Below, piece by piece: positions 1-7,660 of a DNA stretch of 26,260 bases. Location of the stretch: positions 1-26,260 of IMG/VR virus record IMGVR_UViG_3300037311_000450. One strand, given 5' to 3'. The translations under genes were made by a program, and so were the position numbers. Below the pieces are notes generated by a model that worked only from the letters and a program-made list of their open reading frames with translations, made no database searches and had not been told where the DNA came from. The DNA comes from a virus. Lineage: Duplodnaviria; Caudoviricetes. Each line of letters begins with the position of its first letter. The stretch's first letter is position 1.

Positions 1-187
1 GTCCCTACGTTTTATCTCTATCTAGTCTCTAAAGGTGTATCTAAAGAAAAAGAGAAGTATCTAAAGGAGGGGGATAAAAAAAGAAAAAAAGAAGAAAAGA
101 GTAGGGATTGGGGGGTGAGGTGGGTTTTTTGGGTGGTTGTGATTATTTTGGCGTGGGTTCTCGGGTTGGTTTTTGGGGTGGGGTTTG

Positions 188-2167
188 ATGGAAAAAGTAT
201 GGGATGAGGCACAGGCCGCGAAGTTGAAGGCCGAGGGGCAAATGGTGTCGGACTGGCAAAAGCGGTTGGTGGCGGGCGAGGGCTGCACGTTTCGATCAAA
301 GCGCCTGAAACAGGCGGAGGTGAACCGGCTGGCGTTGCGGGGGTTTATCAAAGCGACCGACGGCGTGGCGCAGAACCAGAACGGAGAGCAGGTGATGACC
401 GACAAGGGTTTTGTGCCGGTGGCGCGGAACTTTATCCAAGCCCAGTTTGGGACGCTGCTGCCCAGCGTGGTGGCGCGGAACCCGCAGTTTGAAGTGCAGG
501 CCGAGGATTGGATGGGGGCGGATGCCCTGCCACCGGAGTTGCTGGACATGCACGACGTGCCGGAACAGCCCAAATGGTTGCCGACGTTGGCGAAGGTGGC
601 CGAGGCGCTGCTGAACACGAGCCTGCAAAAGAGCGACCTGAAGACGGCGGCACGGCGGGCCGTGGCGCAGGCGATGATCGCGGGCAGTGCGTGGTTGAAG
701 GTGAGCTACAACGACGATGCCAAGGGGCGGTTGCGCAAAGAGCGCGGCGACATCGAGGAGCAGTTGCGGGCGGCGAAAGCGCAGTTTGACGGGGCAGTCG
801 GGGACGATGTGCCGGAACCCGCCAGCCTTGCGGGTTTGAGCCAAAGCTTGCAGGCGTTGGATGCCCGCATTGAGGCGGCAGATGACACGAAAGGGCTGGT
901 GGTGGAGATGCTGAAACTGAGCGAGGTGGTGTTGCCCAAGGGGATCGCCAGCTTGCATGACTACGAGCGATTGCCGTGGATTGCCTATTCGCGGCGCCTG
1001 ACGGTGGCGGATTTTCGGGCACGCTTTGGCTGCAACCCGTGCAAAACCAGTGACGGGTTAGGGCAAGAGGTGCTGGACGACACAGTGGTGCGGGTGTTTG
1101 AGATTTGGTGCAAAGCCAGCCAGAGCGTGTATTGGCTGGAGCAAGGCGCGAGCAAGTGGTGTTGTGCGCCAATGCCTGCACACCGCGAGGGGATGTTGTT
1201 TTATCCGTTTTTCCTGATTGGCTGGCACTTTGTCGAGAGCGAGGAGGAGGATGCCAGCAGCATCGACCCGTATCCGATTGGGGCGATCGATGGCTGGCTC
1301 GAGGAGCAGGAGCAGATTCACGTCAAGTCGGTCAAGGCGCGAAAAATCGTGAATTCGTATCGCAGTGCGGTGTTGGCCAACTCGGCCAAGATTGACAGCA
1401 AGGCGTTGAGCCGCGTGGATTTGGGGTGCGACGGGGAAATTATCGCGGTCGATTTGATGCAGGGCGGGACGTTTGAGCCGTATCCAAACCCCGCTTTTGA
1501 CCCGCGCATTACCGACATTACCGAGAACATTCGGGTGTTGGATCAGCTTTCGGGCGTGGCGGACTTTGCCCGTGGCGGCGTGACCCGCACGAAGACGTTG
1601 GGTGAGGCGCAGTTGATGGCGGACAACGCCACCGCGCGGCAGTTGCACTTGACCGACCAGTTTGAGGAGGCGTTGGGCAAGTTGGGGCGGTATAGCTTGG
1701 AACTGTTGGTGCAGCACTTGGAGCGCGACGACGTGATCGCGCTGGTGGGCGGGGCGGGGGTGATTTGGCCGACCGGCTTGCCGCCCTTGGAGATTTTGCA
1801 GATGCTGAAAGTGCAGGTGGTGGCCGGTAGCGCGGGCAAGCAAAACCGGCTGGCGGAACTGGAGAAGATCGTGAGCATCATGCCGCTGATCGAGAAGCAG
1901 ATGATGGTGGCGCAATCGGCTAAGCAGCAGGGCGATTACCCGATGGCGCAGGCGGCGCGGAATTTGGCGGGGGAGTTGTTGTATCGCGCCGATGAACGCT
2001 TGTCGTTGGAAAGCATTTGGCCGGTATCGAGCGTGACCGAGCCCGTGCAGGCAACTCAGCCAGCAGCCGCACCCATGCCAGCGCCGATGCCAGCACCACA
2101 AGCCTTGCCGCCCGAGTTGATAACGGCGATGGCGGCACAAGACCCACAAGCCCAACCCGTTTTTTGA
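188..2167 (+). CDS. Phage portal protein
   Basis: ~659 aa from ATG 188 (track starts at 173). Portal-like segments (AMIAGSAWLKVSY, VRVFEIWCK, FYPFF, QLSGVADFARGG..KTLGEAQLM) and a Pro/Gln-rich C-terminal tail; precedes a scaffold-like gene. Confidence 0.8.
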   Translation: MEKVWDEAQAAKLKAEGQMVSDWQKRLVAGEGCTFRSKRLKQAEVNRLALRGFIKATDGVAQNQNGEQVMTDKGFVPVARNFIQAQFGTLLPSVVARNPQFEVQAEDWMGADALPPELLDMHDVPEQPKWLPTLAKVAEALLNTSLQKSDLKTAARRAVAQAMIAGSAWLKVSYNDDAKGRLRKERGDIEEQLRAAKAQFDGAVGDDVPEPASLAGLSQSLQALDARIEAADDTKGLVVEMLKLSEVVLPKGIASLHDYERLPWIAYSRRLTVADFRARFGCNPCKTSDGLGQEVLDDTVVRVFEIWCKASQSVYWLEQGASKWCCAPMPAHREGMLFYPFFLIGWHFVESEEEDASSIDPYPIGAIDGWLEEQEQIHVKSVKARKIVNSYRSAVLANSAKIDSKALSRVDLGCDGEIIAVDLMQGGTFEPYPNPAFDPRITDITENIRVLDQLSGVADFARGGVTRTKTLGEAQLMADNATARQLHLTDQFEEALGKLGRYSLELLVQHLERDDVIALVGGAGVIWPTGLPPLEILQMLKVQVVAGSAGKQNRLAELEKIVSIMPLIEKQMMVAQSAKQQGDYPMAQAARNLAGELLYRADERLSLESIWPVSSVTEPVQATQPAAAPMPAPMPAPQALPPELITAMAAQDPQAQPVF

Positions 2168-2177
2168 GAGCCAGACC

Positions 2178-3185
2178 ATGCCAGACCAAGACAACCAAAC
2201 CATCCAAACCATCCCCGCCGCCGTGGCTACCGAACCGCAGTCGCAACCGCAGTCGATGAAAGACGCGGTGTTTTCGGCGTTGGATGAAGCCGTGCCAGCC
2301 ACGCCAGCCGCTCCGACCGAATCGGCACCGGAAGAGCAGCCGACCGATGAAGCCAACAAGCCGATGGACAAGCCGATGGACAAACCGGCGGACAAGCCAG
2401 CCGACCAACCCACGGAAGCCGCCGAACCCTTGGACGAGGGCAAGTTGTTGGAAGGCGTGACCGCGCCGAATGCCCGTGAGCGCATTCAGCAACTGGTCAC
2501 GCGCAATAAGGAAACCGAGGCCAAGCTGGCCGAAGCGGAAAGCGTGGCTGCCTATGCCGAAGATTTGCAGGGGTGGATGGACAACCACCAGATCGCACCC
2601 GACGACATGCAAATTTTGTTGCAGTTGGGCGCGGGCTTGAGTGCCGGGTTTCGGGGTGATGCCAAGGCGGCAGCCGAGGTGCAGAAAATGCTGATGCGGA
2701 TGCAGCAGCAGTTGGTGATCGTGACCGGAGAAACCGTGGACATCCCTGACCCGTTGGCAGATTACCCCGATTTGCAGGCGAAGGTGAACGGCTTGCAAAT
2801 GGCACCCGAACTGGCGTTGGAGGTGGTGCGCAGCCGCCAAGCCACGGCGTGGGCAGAAGCCGAGGCCAAGGCGCGCAAGGTGCAAGCCGAGAACCAACGC
2901 CAGATCGACCAGAACGTGAATGCGTTTAAGACGTGGGGGACGCAAATGCGTAACAGCGACCCCGACGCAAGCTGGAAACTGAAGGAGATTCAGGAAGCGT
3001 TGGTGGAGGGCATTGTGAATACCTTGCCACAGGCGCAGGCCATGTATAAGCGGTTGGGTGGCTTGCGACCCCAATCCGTGACCAAGCCAGCCACCCCGTC
3101 AGCCATGCCGAGCGCGACGGCGGGAGCGTTGGGCGGTGGCGAGCGTGCGCAGAGCTTGCGGCAGTCGATTTTATCGGCGCTGTAA
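2178..3185 (+). CDS. Putative capsid scaffolding protein
   Basis: Acidic/Pro-rich disordered N-terminus, coiled-coil core (ARERIQQLVTRNKETEAKLAEAE) and a short C-terminal amphipathic helix; directly follows the portal. Confidence 0.65.
   Translation: MPDQDNQTIQTIPAAVATEPQSQPQSMKDAVFSALDEAVPATPAAPTESAPEEQPTDEANKPMDKPMDKPADKPADQPTEAAEPLDEGKLLEGVTAPNARERIQQLVTRNKETEAKLAEAESVAAYAEDLQGWMDNHQIAPDDMQILLQLGAGLSAGFRGDAKAAAEVQKMLMRMQQQLVIVTGETVDIPDPLADYPDLQAKVNGLQMAPELALEVVRSRQATAWAEAEAKARKVQAENQRQIDQNVNAFKTWGTQMRNSDPDASWKLKEIQEALVEGIVNTLPQAQAMYKRLGGLRPQSVTKPATPSAMPSATAGALGGGERAQSLRQSILSAL
2358..2405 (+). repeat. 12-bp tandem repeat x4 encoding KPMD-KPMD-KPAD-KPAD
   Basis: aagccgatggac aagccgatggac aaaccggcggac aagccagccgac. 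Confidence 0.85.
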
Positions 3186-3212
3186 GCGGCGCCGAAACCA
3201 AGGGGAAGGCGT

Positions 3213-3566
3213 ATGCCGCGAGGTGGTAAGCGGGAAGGGCAGGGGCGCAAGCCCGGGAGTTTGGGCAAGCGCAACATGATTTTGCGCGAGGTGGGGGCGT
3301 TATCGACTTCGCAATTTGGCGCGAAGCTTGTGGGCTGCTTGGTGGAGTTGGCGGAAAAATCCAGCGACCCCGACGTGCAGATCGAAGTGGCGAAAACGCT
3401 ACTGCCCTACTTTATGATCAAGCCCAAAGCGAGCGAGCGCGTCAGCCCGTTCGAGCCGATGGTGGGCGGCCACGACCGCCCGAGGGTGGTGGTGCTGCAG
3501 GGACAGCAAGAATTATTTTTGCCGGTGAAGGATTTGCCGCGCTATGCCGAGGGCGACGATGAGTGA
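3213..3566 (+). CDS. terS: Terminase small subunit (putative)
   Basis: N-terminal RGGKREGQGRKPGS motif common in TerS proteins; 117 aa; stop overlaps the TerL start (ATGAGTGA); purine-rich RBS (aaggggaagg). Confidence 0.7.
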   Translation: MPRGGKREGQGRKPGSLGKRNMILREVGALSTSQFGAKLVGCLVELAEKSSDPDVQIEVAKTLLPYFMIKPKASERVSPFEPMVGGHDRPRVVVLQGQQELFLPVKDLPRYAEGDDE

Positions 3567-4947
3567 CGAGGTAGAAGTTTGGCGGGCGCACAACAAGCAA
3601 ACCACTTTTTTGTTGAGCGAGGCCGACGAATTGTTGTTTGGGGGCGGCGGCGGTGGTGGCAAGACCGATGCCAGCGTGGTGGCTTTGCTGGACATTCGGC
3701 AACACGCGGTGTTTTACCCACGCTACCGCGCGATTGTGTTTCGGCGCAAGCAAAAAGATTTGAAGCAGATTTACGAGCGGGCAAAAGAAATTTATCCGGC
3801 TTTGTATCGGGGCGTGGTGTTCAAGGGGCAATACCCGCTGGTGGCGCACTTCCCGAGCGGGGCGCAGATTTTGTTCTCAGGCATTACCAAAGACTTCGAG
3901 GACGACGTGCAGGGGCAGGAATACCAGCGAGCGTTGTGGGAGGAGTTGTGCCAGCAGCCGGACGATGGCAATTACCGGTATTTGATGAGCCGCTTGCGGT
4001 GCAGTTGGAAGCGCGACTTTGCGACCCGCACCTTTGCGACGGCGAACCCGATTGGCGCGGGGCGGGCGTGGGTGCGAAAACGCTGGCGCATCGATGGACA
4101 GGGCAGCCCCAGCCACTTTGTGGCGTTGATCAAAGACCCGACCACCGGCCAGAGCTTTGAGCAGGTGCGGCAGTTTGTGCCAAGTTTGGCGGTGGACAAC
4201 CCGCACCTGAACCAGAGCTATTTGCAGCAGTTGGCGTTGTTGCCGAAGACGCAGCAGCAAGCACTTCGAGACGGAAGGTGGGACGTGAAGATCGGGACGT
4301 TTTTTGAGGAGTTCGACGTGGCCGTGCATAGCTGCACGTCGTTTGAGATACCCAGCCACTGGCCGCGTTGGCGCAGTTTGGATTGGGGCTTTGCCAGCCC
4401 GTTTTGCGTGCTGTATCACGCGATGGATCACGACGGGAACATCCACACCTACCACGAGTTTTACGGCACCAACAAAACCGTGGAGGAGGTGGCGGCGCAC
4501 ATGCGCGAGTTTGAGACACAAGAGCAGCGCCAGCAGCCGGGCGTGCGCTATGCCAGCAGCCCCGCCGACCCGAGCATCTGGATTAACCAAGGCCGTGACC
4601 GGCGCGAGCCGAGCATTGGGGATGCTTTTGCCGGACAAGGCATTGCGTGGGCGAAGGCGACCGAGACCGACAACAGCCGCGTGAGCGGGGCGATGGAATG
4701 CCGCGAACGCTTGCGGCGCACCAAGTTGGGCTTGGGGCATGGGGTGATGATTCACCAGAAGTGCAAACACTGGTTGCGCACCGTGCCGGAGTTGTTGTTT
4801 GACAAGCAAAGCATCGAGGACGTGGACACGATGATGGAAGACCACGCGTATGACAGTTGGCGTTATGGCCTGATGCGCCGCCGCATTCCGCCCGATGCGC
4901 CGAAAGTGGTGACGAAACTGGTGTTGGGCAAGGGAAGTTACGAGTAA
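3559..4947 (+). CDS. terL: Terminase large subunit
   Basis: Walker A LLFGGGGGGGKT, Walker B-like ALWEE, motif III ATANP, DNPHL; RNase H-like nuclease motifs SLDWGFASP, ADPS and EDHAYDSWRY. ATG 3559 chosen for its overlap with terS. Confidence 0.93.
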   Translation: MSDEVEVWRAHNKQTTFLLSEADELLFGGGGGGGKTDASVVALLDIRQHAVFYPRYRAIVFRRKQKDLKQIYERAKEIYPALYRGVVFKGQYPLVAHFPSGAQILFSGITKDFEDDVQGQEYQRALWEELCQQPDDGNYRYLMSRLRCSWKRDFATRTFATANPIGAGRAWVRKRWRIDGQGSPSHFVALIKDPTTGQSFEQVRQFVPSLAVDNPHLNQSYLQQLALLPKTQQQALRDGRWDVKIGTFFEEFDVAVHSCTSFEIPSHWPRWRSLDWGFASPFCVLYHAMDHDGNIHTYHEFYGTNKTVEEVAAHMREFETQEQRQQPGVRYASSPADPSIWINQGRDRREPSIGDAFAGQGIAWAKATETDNSRVSGAMECRERLRRTKLGLGHGVMIHQKCKHWLRTVPELLFDKQSIEDVDTMMEDHAYDSWRYGLMRRRIPPDAPKVVTKLVLGKGSYE

Positions 4948-4972
4948 GCAAGCAGGAGTTAGGGGGGTGAGG

Positions 4973-5001
4973 TTGTATTCAAAAAAACCGATAGAGAGAA
5001 T
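4973..5001 (+). promoter_or_regulatory. Candidate sigma70-type promoter for the capsid transcript
   Basis: TTGTAT (4973-4978), 17-nt spacer, GAGAAT (4996-5001), in the only large intergenic gap of the head module. Confidence 0.45.
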
Positions 5002-5031
5002 GGTCGGGCTTTGAACACAGCATTGTCGTAA

Positions 5032-5222
5032 GCGGGGATCGCATCCCGCAGGGCCTTGATAAGGGCGTTAGCACGGGATCGCAGCGTGCATCAGAAGTGT
5101 CGGACTTGGCCTTGTCCTGTTGGCGTTTGGGCGTTTTCCCCTACCCCTCAGTAAAACACGGCCCGTGTGTGGGCGTGTGCTTTGGCGGTGGGTTCTTCCC
5201 CTTCCGACCGAAGAGAAAACCC
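5032..5222 (+). ncRNA. Putative structured RNA / 5' leader of the capsid gene
   Basis: Successive hairpins: GCGGG(G)AT-CGC-ATCCCGC (5032-5049), GCCTT-GATA-AGGGC (5053-5066), GCACG-GGATCGCAG-CGTGC (5071-5089), GGAC/GTCC (5102-5117), ACAC..GCCC/GGGC GTGT (5156-5178), and GGGTT..CTTC/GAAG..AACCC (5190-5222). Confidence 0.5.
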
Positions 5223-5223
5223 T

Positions 5224-6345
5224 ATGAGTTCCGTTGTAGTTTTAAGTGTGGCCCAGACCACCAACGTGTTGTCGGCAATCGCCAACAATTTTCTGGACAA
5301 GAACCTCATCGATGCGAGCACCGTCGGCAAGCCGACTCTTGCAGCGATGGTTGCCAAGGCCAAACCGCTAACGGCGGGTGCAGCCAGCAAGGTGATGACC
5401 AGATTGACCCCGCCCAGCAAGGGCGAATACACCAGCCATTACCAGACCATTAACCACCAGCGCACCAGTGACCCGCAGTACGCGACTTTTGGTTTTTGCG
5501 AATTGGTAAAAAGCGTAGAAATTTCCGAAACCGAACTGAAGGAATTTGGTTGGGTGGTGACGGACAACAACCAAACTTCGGCCATGTCTAATGAAAGCAA
5601 GGCCAAGGCGGCGGACATTGCTGAAGCCAAGCTGTCGCCGCACATCGGCGATGCGGTAACGGGCATGGAAGATTTTCTGGCCGAAATGCTGATGCGCGAC
5701 GGCAGCCAAAGCCTGAAGGCCGCGCCGGGCTTGGATGCGTTTATCTCGCTAAACCCTGCCGTCGGCACGATCGGTGGCATTAACCGCGCCAACTTTGCCG
5801 CATGGCGCAACTATGCCCAGCCCAACATTGCCAACCCGACCACCACCGACAACATCGACACAGCGATGCGGACGGCCTTGCGCTTTGTGACCACCACCGC
5901 GCGCGGTAAAGCGCCTGACTTGGTGACGTGTGGCGAGGATTTTTATGAAGCGGCCAGCGCCCGTGCCCGTTCGCGCAACACCATGAACAGCGACATGGGG
6001 CAGTCCAGCGATTACCAGTTCTTGAACGGGAAGTTGATGGTGGGCAAGACCGAGCTGGTTTGGGATCCGTACTTTGCCATGCTGGATGCCGCCCAGCCGG
6101 GATTGGCGAACCCGTGGAAAAAACGCTGCTATTTGATCAACACCGACGATATTTACTTTGAATATCTGAACGTGAGCAAGTCGAGCGGCCTGAGCGACAG
6201 CACCAAAGCCAGCAAGAAAGACCTGTTTGCGGTGCGCAACCCGATACGGGCGTCCAACGAATTTGTGTTTCGCCAGCAGTTACAGTTCACCGGCAACTTG
6301 GTGGCGCGGGCTTTGAACACCAGCGCGGTGTTGAGCATTGCCTAG
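5224..6345 (+). CDS. Major capsid protein (podovirus type)
   Basis: 373 aa from ATG 5224. GLDAFISLNPAVGTIGGINRANFAAWRN resembles a motif of one podovirus capsid family; PDLVTCG..FY and KRCYLINTD also present. Followed by a strong terminator. Confidence 0.88.
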   Translation: MSSVVVLSVAQTTNVLSAIANNFLDKNLIDASTVGKPTLAAMVAKAKPLTAGAASKVMTRLTPPSKGEYTSHYQTINHQRTSDPQYATFGFCELVKSVEISETELKEFGWVVTDNNQTSAMSNESKAKAADIAEAKLSPHIGDAVTGMEDFLAEMLMRDGSQSLKAAPGLDAFISLNPAVGTIGGINRANFAAWRNYAQPNIANPTTTDNIDTAMRTALRFVTTTARGKAPDLVTCGEDFYEAASARARSRNTMNSDMGQSSDYQFLNGKLMVGKTELVWDPYFAMLDAAQPGLANPWKKRCYLINTDDIYFEYLNVSKSSGLSDSTKASKKDLFAVRNPIRASNEFVFRQQLQFTGNLVARALNTSAVLSIA

Positions 6346-6357
6346 ATAAAGGCGTTT

Positions 6358-6387
6358 GCCCTGCCCCTTGCGGGGTGGGGCTTTTTT
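6358..6387 (+). terminator. Rho-independent terminator after the capsid gene
   Basis: GCCCTGCCCC-TTGC-GGGGTGGGGC-TTTTTT (10-bp stem with 2 G-U pairs, then a U tract). Confidence 0.88.
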
Positions 6388-6400
6388 GTAAGGAAATTTT

Positions 6401-6901
6401 ATGTTTGACGTAGAAAAGAAAGACCGCGTGCTGATGGTGGTGTGGGCACTGGCACAAATTGCCAAGACCAACCATGTGATCCCCGTCGAAGTGGCGGCGC
6501 ATGAACTACATTTGTTGCGCGACCGCTTTGGCGCGGAAAACGTGAAGATGGATTTGTTGGCCAAGCGCCCGACCGTCGTCACGGAAGAAGACCTGAACAA
6601 CCGGCTGCTGACCGAATACGGCATGGATGCAACCGGCAAGCACCCACTGTATGCCCAGATTTATGCCTTGAACGGTACCAGCCTTGAAGCGGAGATGCAG
6701 CGAGCCTTGGATGTTCATGCCAAGGTGCATCCGGCGTTGGCGTTGCCGTCGGCTGTGCCGGTGCAAGAACCTGTGCAAGAACCCGCGCCGATCAATCAAA
6801 CCTTGGCAGAAGCCATTGCCGCCAGCCCGACCGAATTGGAAGCCCCATTGCAAAGCCCATCGCAAGTGGCACCCGACATTGCTTTGCCCAAGAAGAAGTA
6901 G
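6401..6901 (+). CDS. Hypothetical phage protein (possible head-associated protein)
   Basis: RBS aagga; 166 aa; Pro-rich C-terminal tail with a PVQE repeat; lies between capsid and adaptor genes. Confidence 0.75.
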   Translation: MFDVEKKDRVLMVVWALAQIAKTNHVIPVEVAAHELHLLRDRFGAENVKMDLLAKRPTVVTEEDLNNRLLTEYGMDATGKHPLYAQIYALNGTSLEAEMQRALDVHAKVHPALALPSAVPVQEPVQEPAPINQTLAEAIAASPTELEAPLQSPSQVAPDIALPKKK

Positions 6902-6904
6902 GCC

Positions 6905-7660
6905 ATGAGCCAGCAGGCTAAACCAACCTTGGGGGCGTTGCGCGATGAACTCGCGCAGCGTTTGGGCTTTGGCGCGCAGTTGGGGAACTTGGGCGCGCAG
7001 GATGCGTTGTTGCGGTTGTTTTTGACCGATGCACAGGCGCAGTTGTGGTGGATGTTTTCGTGGCCGGACACGATTGGCGTGGCTGAACGCACGTTGGAGG
7101 CGGATCAAGAACGCTATGACTACCCCGACGACTGCGATGTGGCGGGCATTGTGGCGGTGGTGTGTGTGCGTGATGACCGCGCCGGACAATGGGGCAGCAA
7201 GAACCGGCTGATGGAGGCGCAAGGCCGCCAAGCGGTGCGCGTGACCGGCGGACACGACGGGTATGCGTGCAGCGGTTGGCCGTTGTATTACGCAAGGCGC
7301 GACCAGCTTTACATTTGGCCGGTACCGAGCCAAAGCGGGGGGCGGTTGCTGATTGAATACAAGGCGCAGCCCAAGCCGTTCCAGAACGACAGCGACCGTT
7401 GCGTGTTGCCCGACCGCGCGGTGTTTTTGCAGGCGTTGGTGGCGGCGAAGTTGCACTACCGCCAGCCCGATGCCAGCTATGCCCAGCAGCAGTTGGATTT
7501 GTTGTGGGGGCGGATGCGGGCTTCTGAACACGGGGAGCGCCGGTATATGGCGCGGGCAGCGGGGCCGGACACGCACCGCAAGGCGGTGTTTGGAAACGAG
7601 GCCATGCACGACGGCCATGCCCATACTCAAACCGACAGCCACGGGTGGCAGCACCGATGA
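6905..7660 (+). CDS. Putative head-tail adaptor (tail tubular protein A-like)
   Basis: PTLGALRDELAQRLGF N-terminus, YDYPDDC, P.YY....LYIWPVP and LLIEY motifs typical of adaptor proteins; gene position. Confidence 0.65.
   Translation: MSQQAKPTLGALRDELAQRLGFGAQLGNLGAQDALLRLFLTDAQAQLWWMFSWPDTIGVAERTLEADQERYDYPDDCDVAGIVAVVCVRDDRAGQWGSKNRLMEAQGRQAVRVTGGHDGYACSGWPLYYARRDQLYIWPVPSQSGGRLLIEYKAQPKPFQNDSDRCVLPDRAVFLQALVAAKLHYRQPDASYAQQQLDLLWGRMRASEHGERRYMARAAGPDTHRKAVFGNEAMHDGHAHTQTDSHGWQHR

Noticed and set aside
2069-2098. APMP repeats at the portal C-terminus, and the PVQE repeat at 6761-6784
   Set aside because: Short low-complexity linker repeats, common in such proteins; no evidence of a separate function.
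3637-3666. Seven consecutive glycines in the TerL Walker A as a slippage or phase-variation tract
   Set aside because: Codons are mixed (ggg ggc ggc ggc ggt ggt ggc) and the frame is intact; it is a Gly-rich variant of the usual GGxxGGGK(S/T) loop.
5032-5089. CRISPR mini-array or CsrA/RsmA-binding sRNA
   Set aside because: Only two 9-nt repeats and no cas genes. The GGA motifs do not match ANGGA in short loops, so neither model fits well.
5097-5453. 118-aa ORF, and the 5167 upstream extension of the capsid ORF
   Set aside because: The first overlaps the capsid gene out of frame with no RBS. The extension has a non-ATG start and atypical sequence; ATG 5224 is more plausible.
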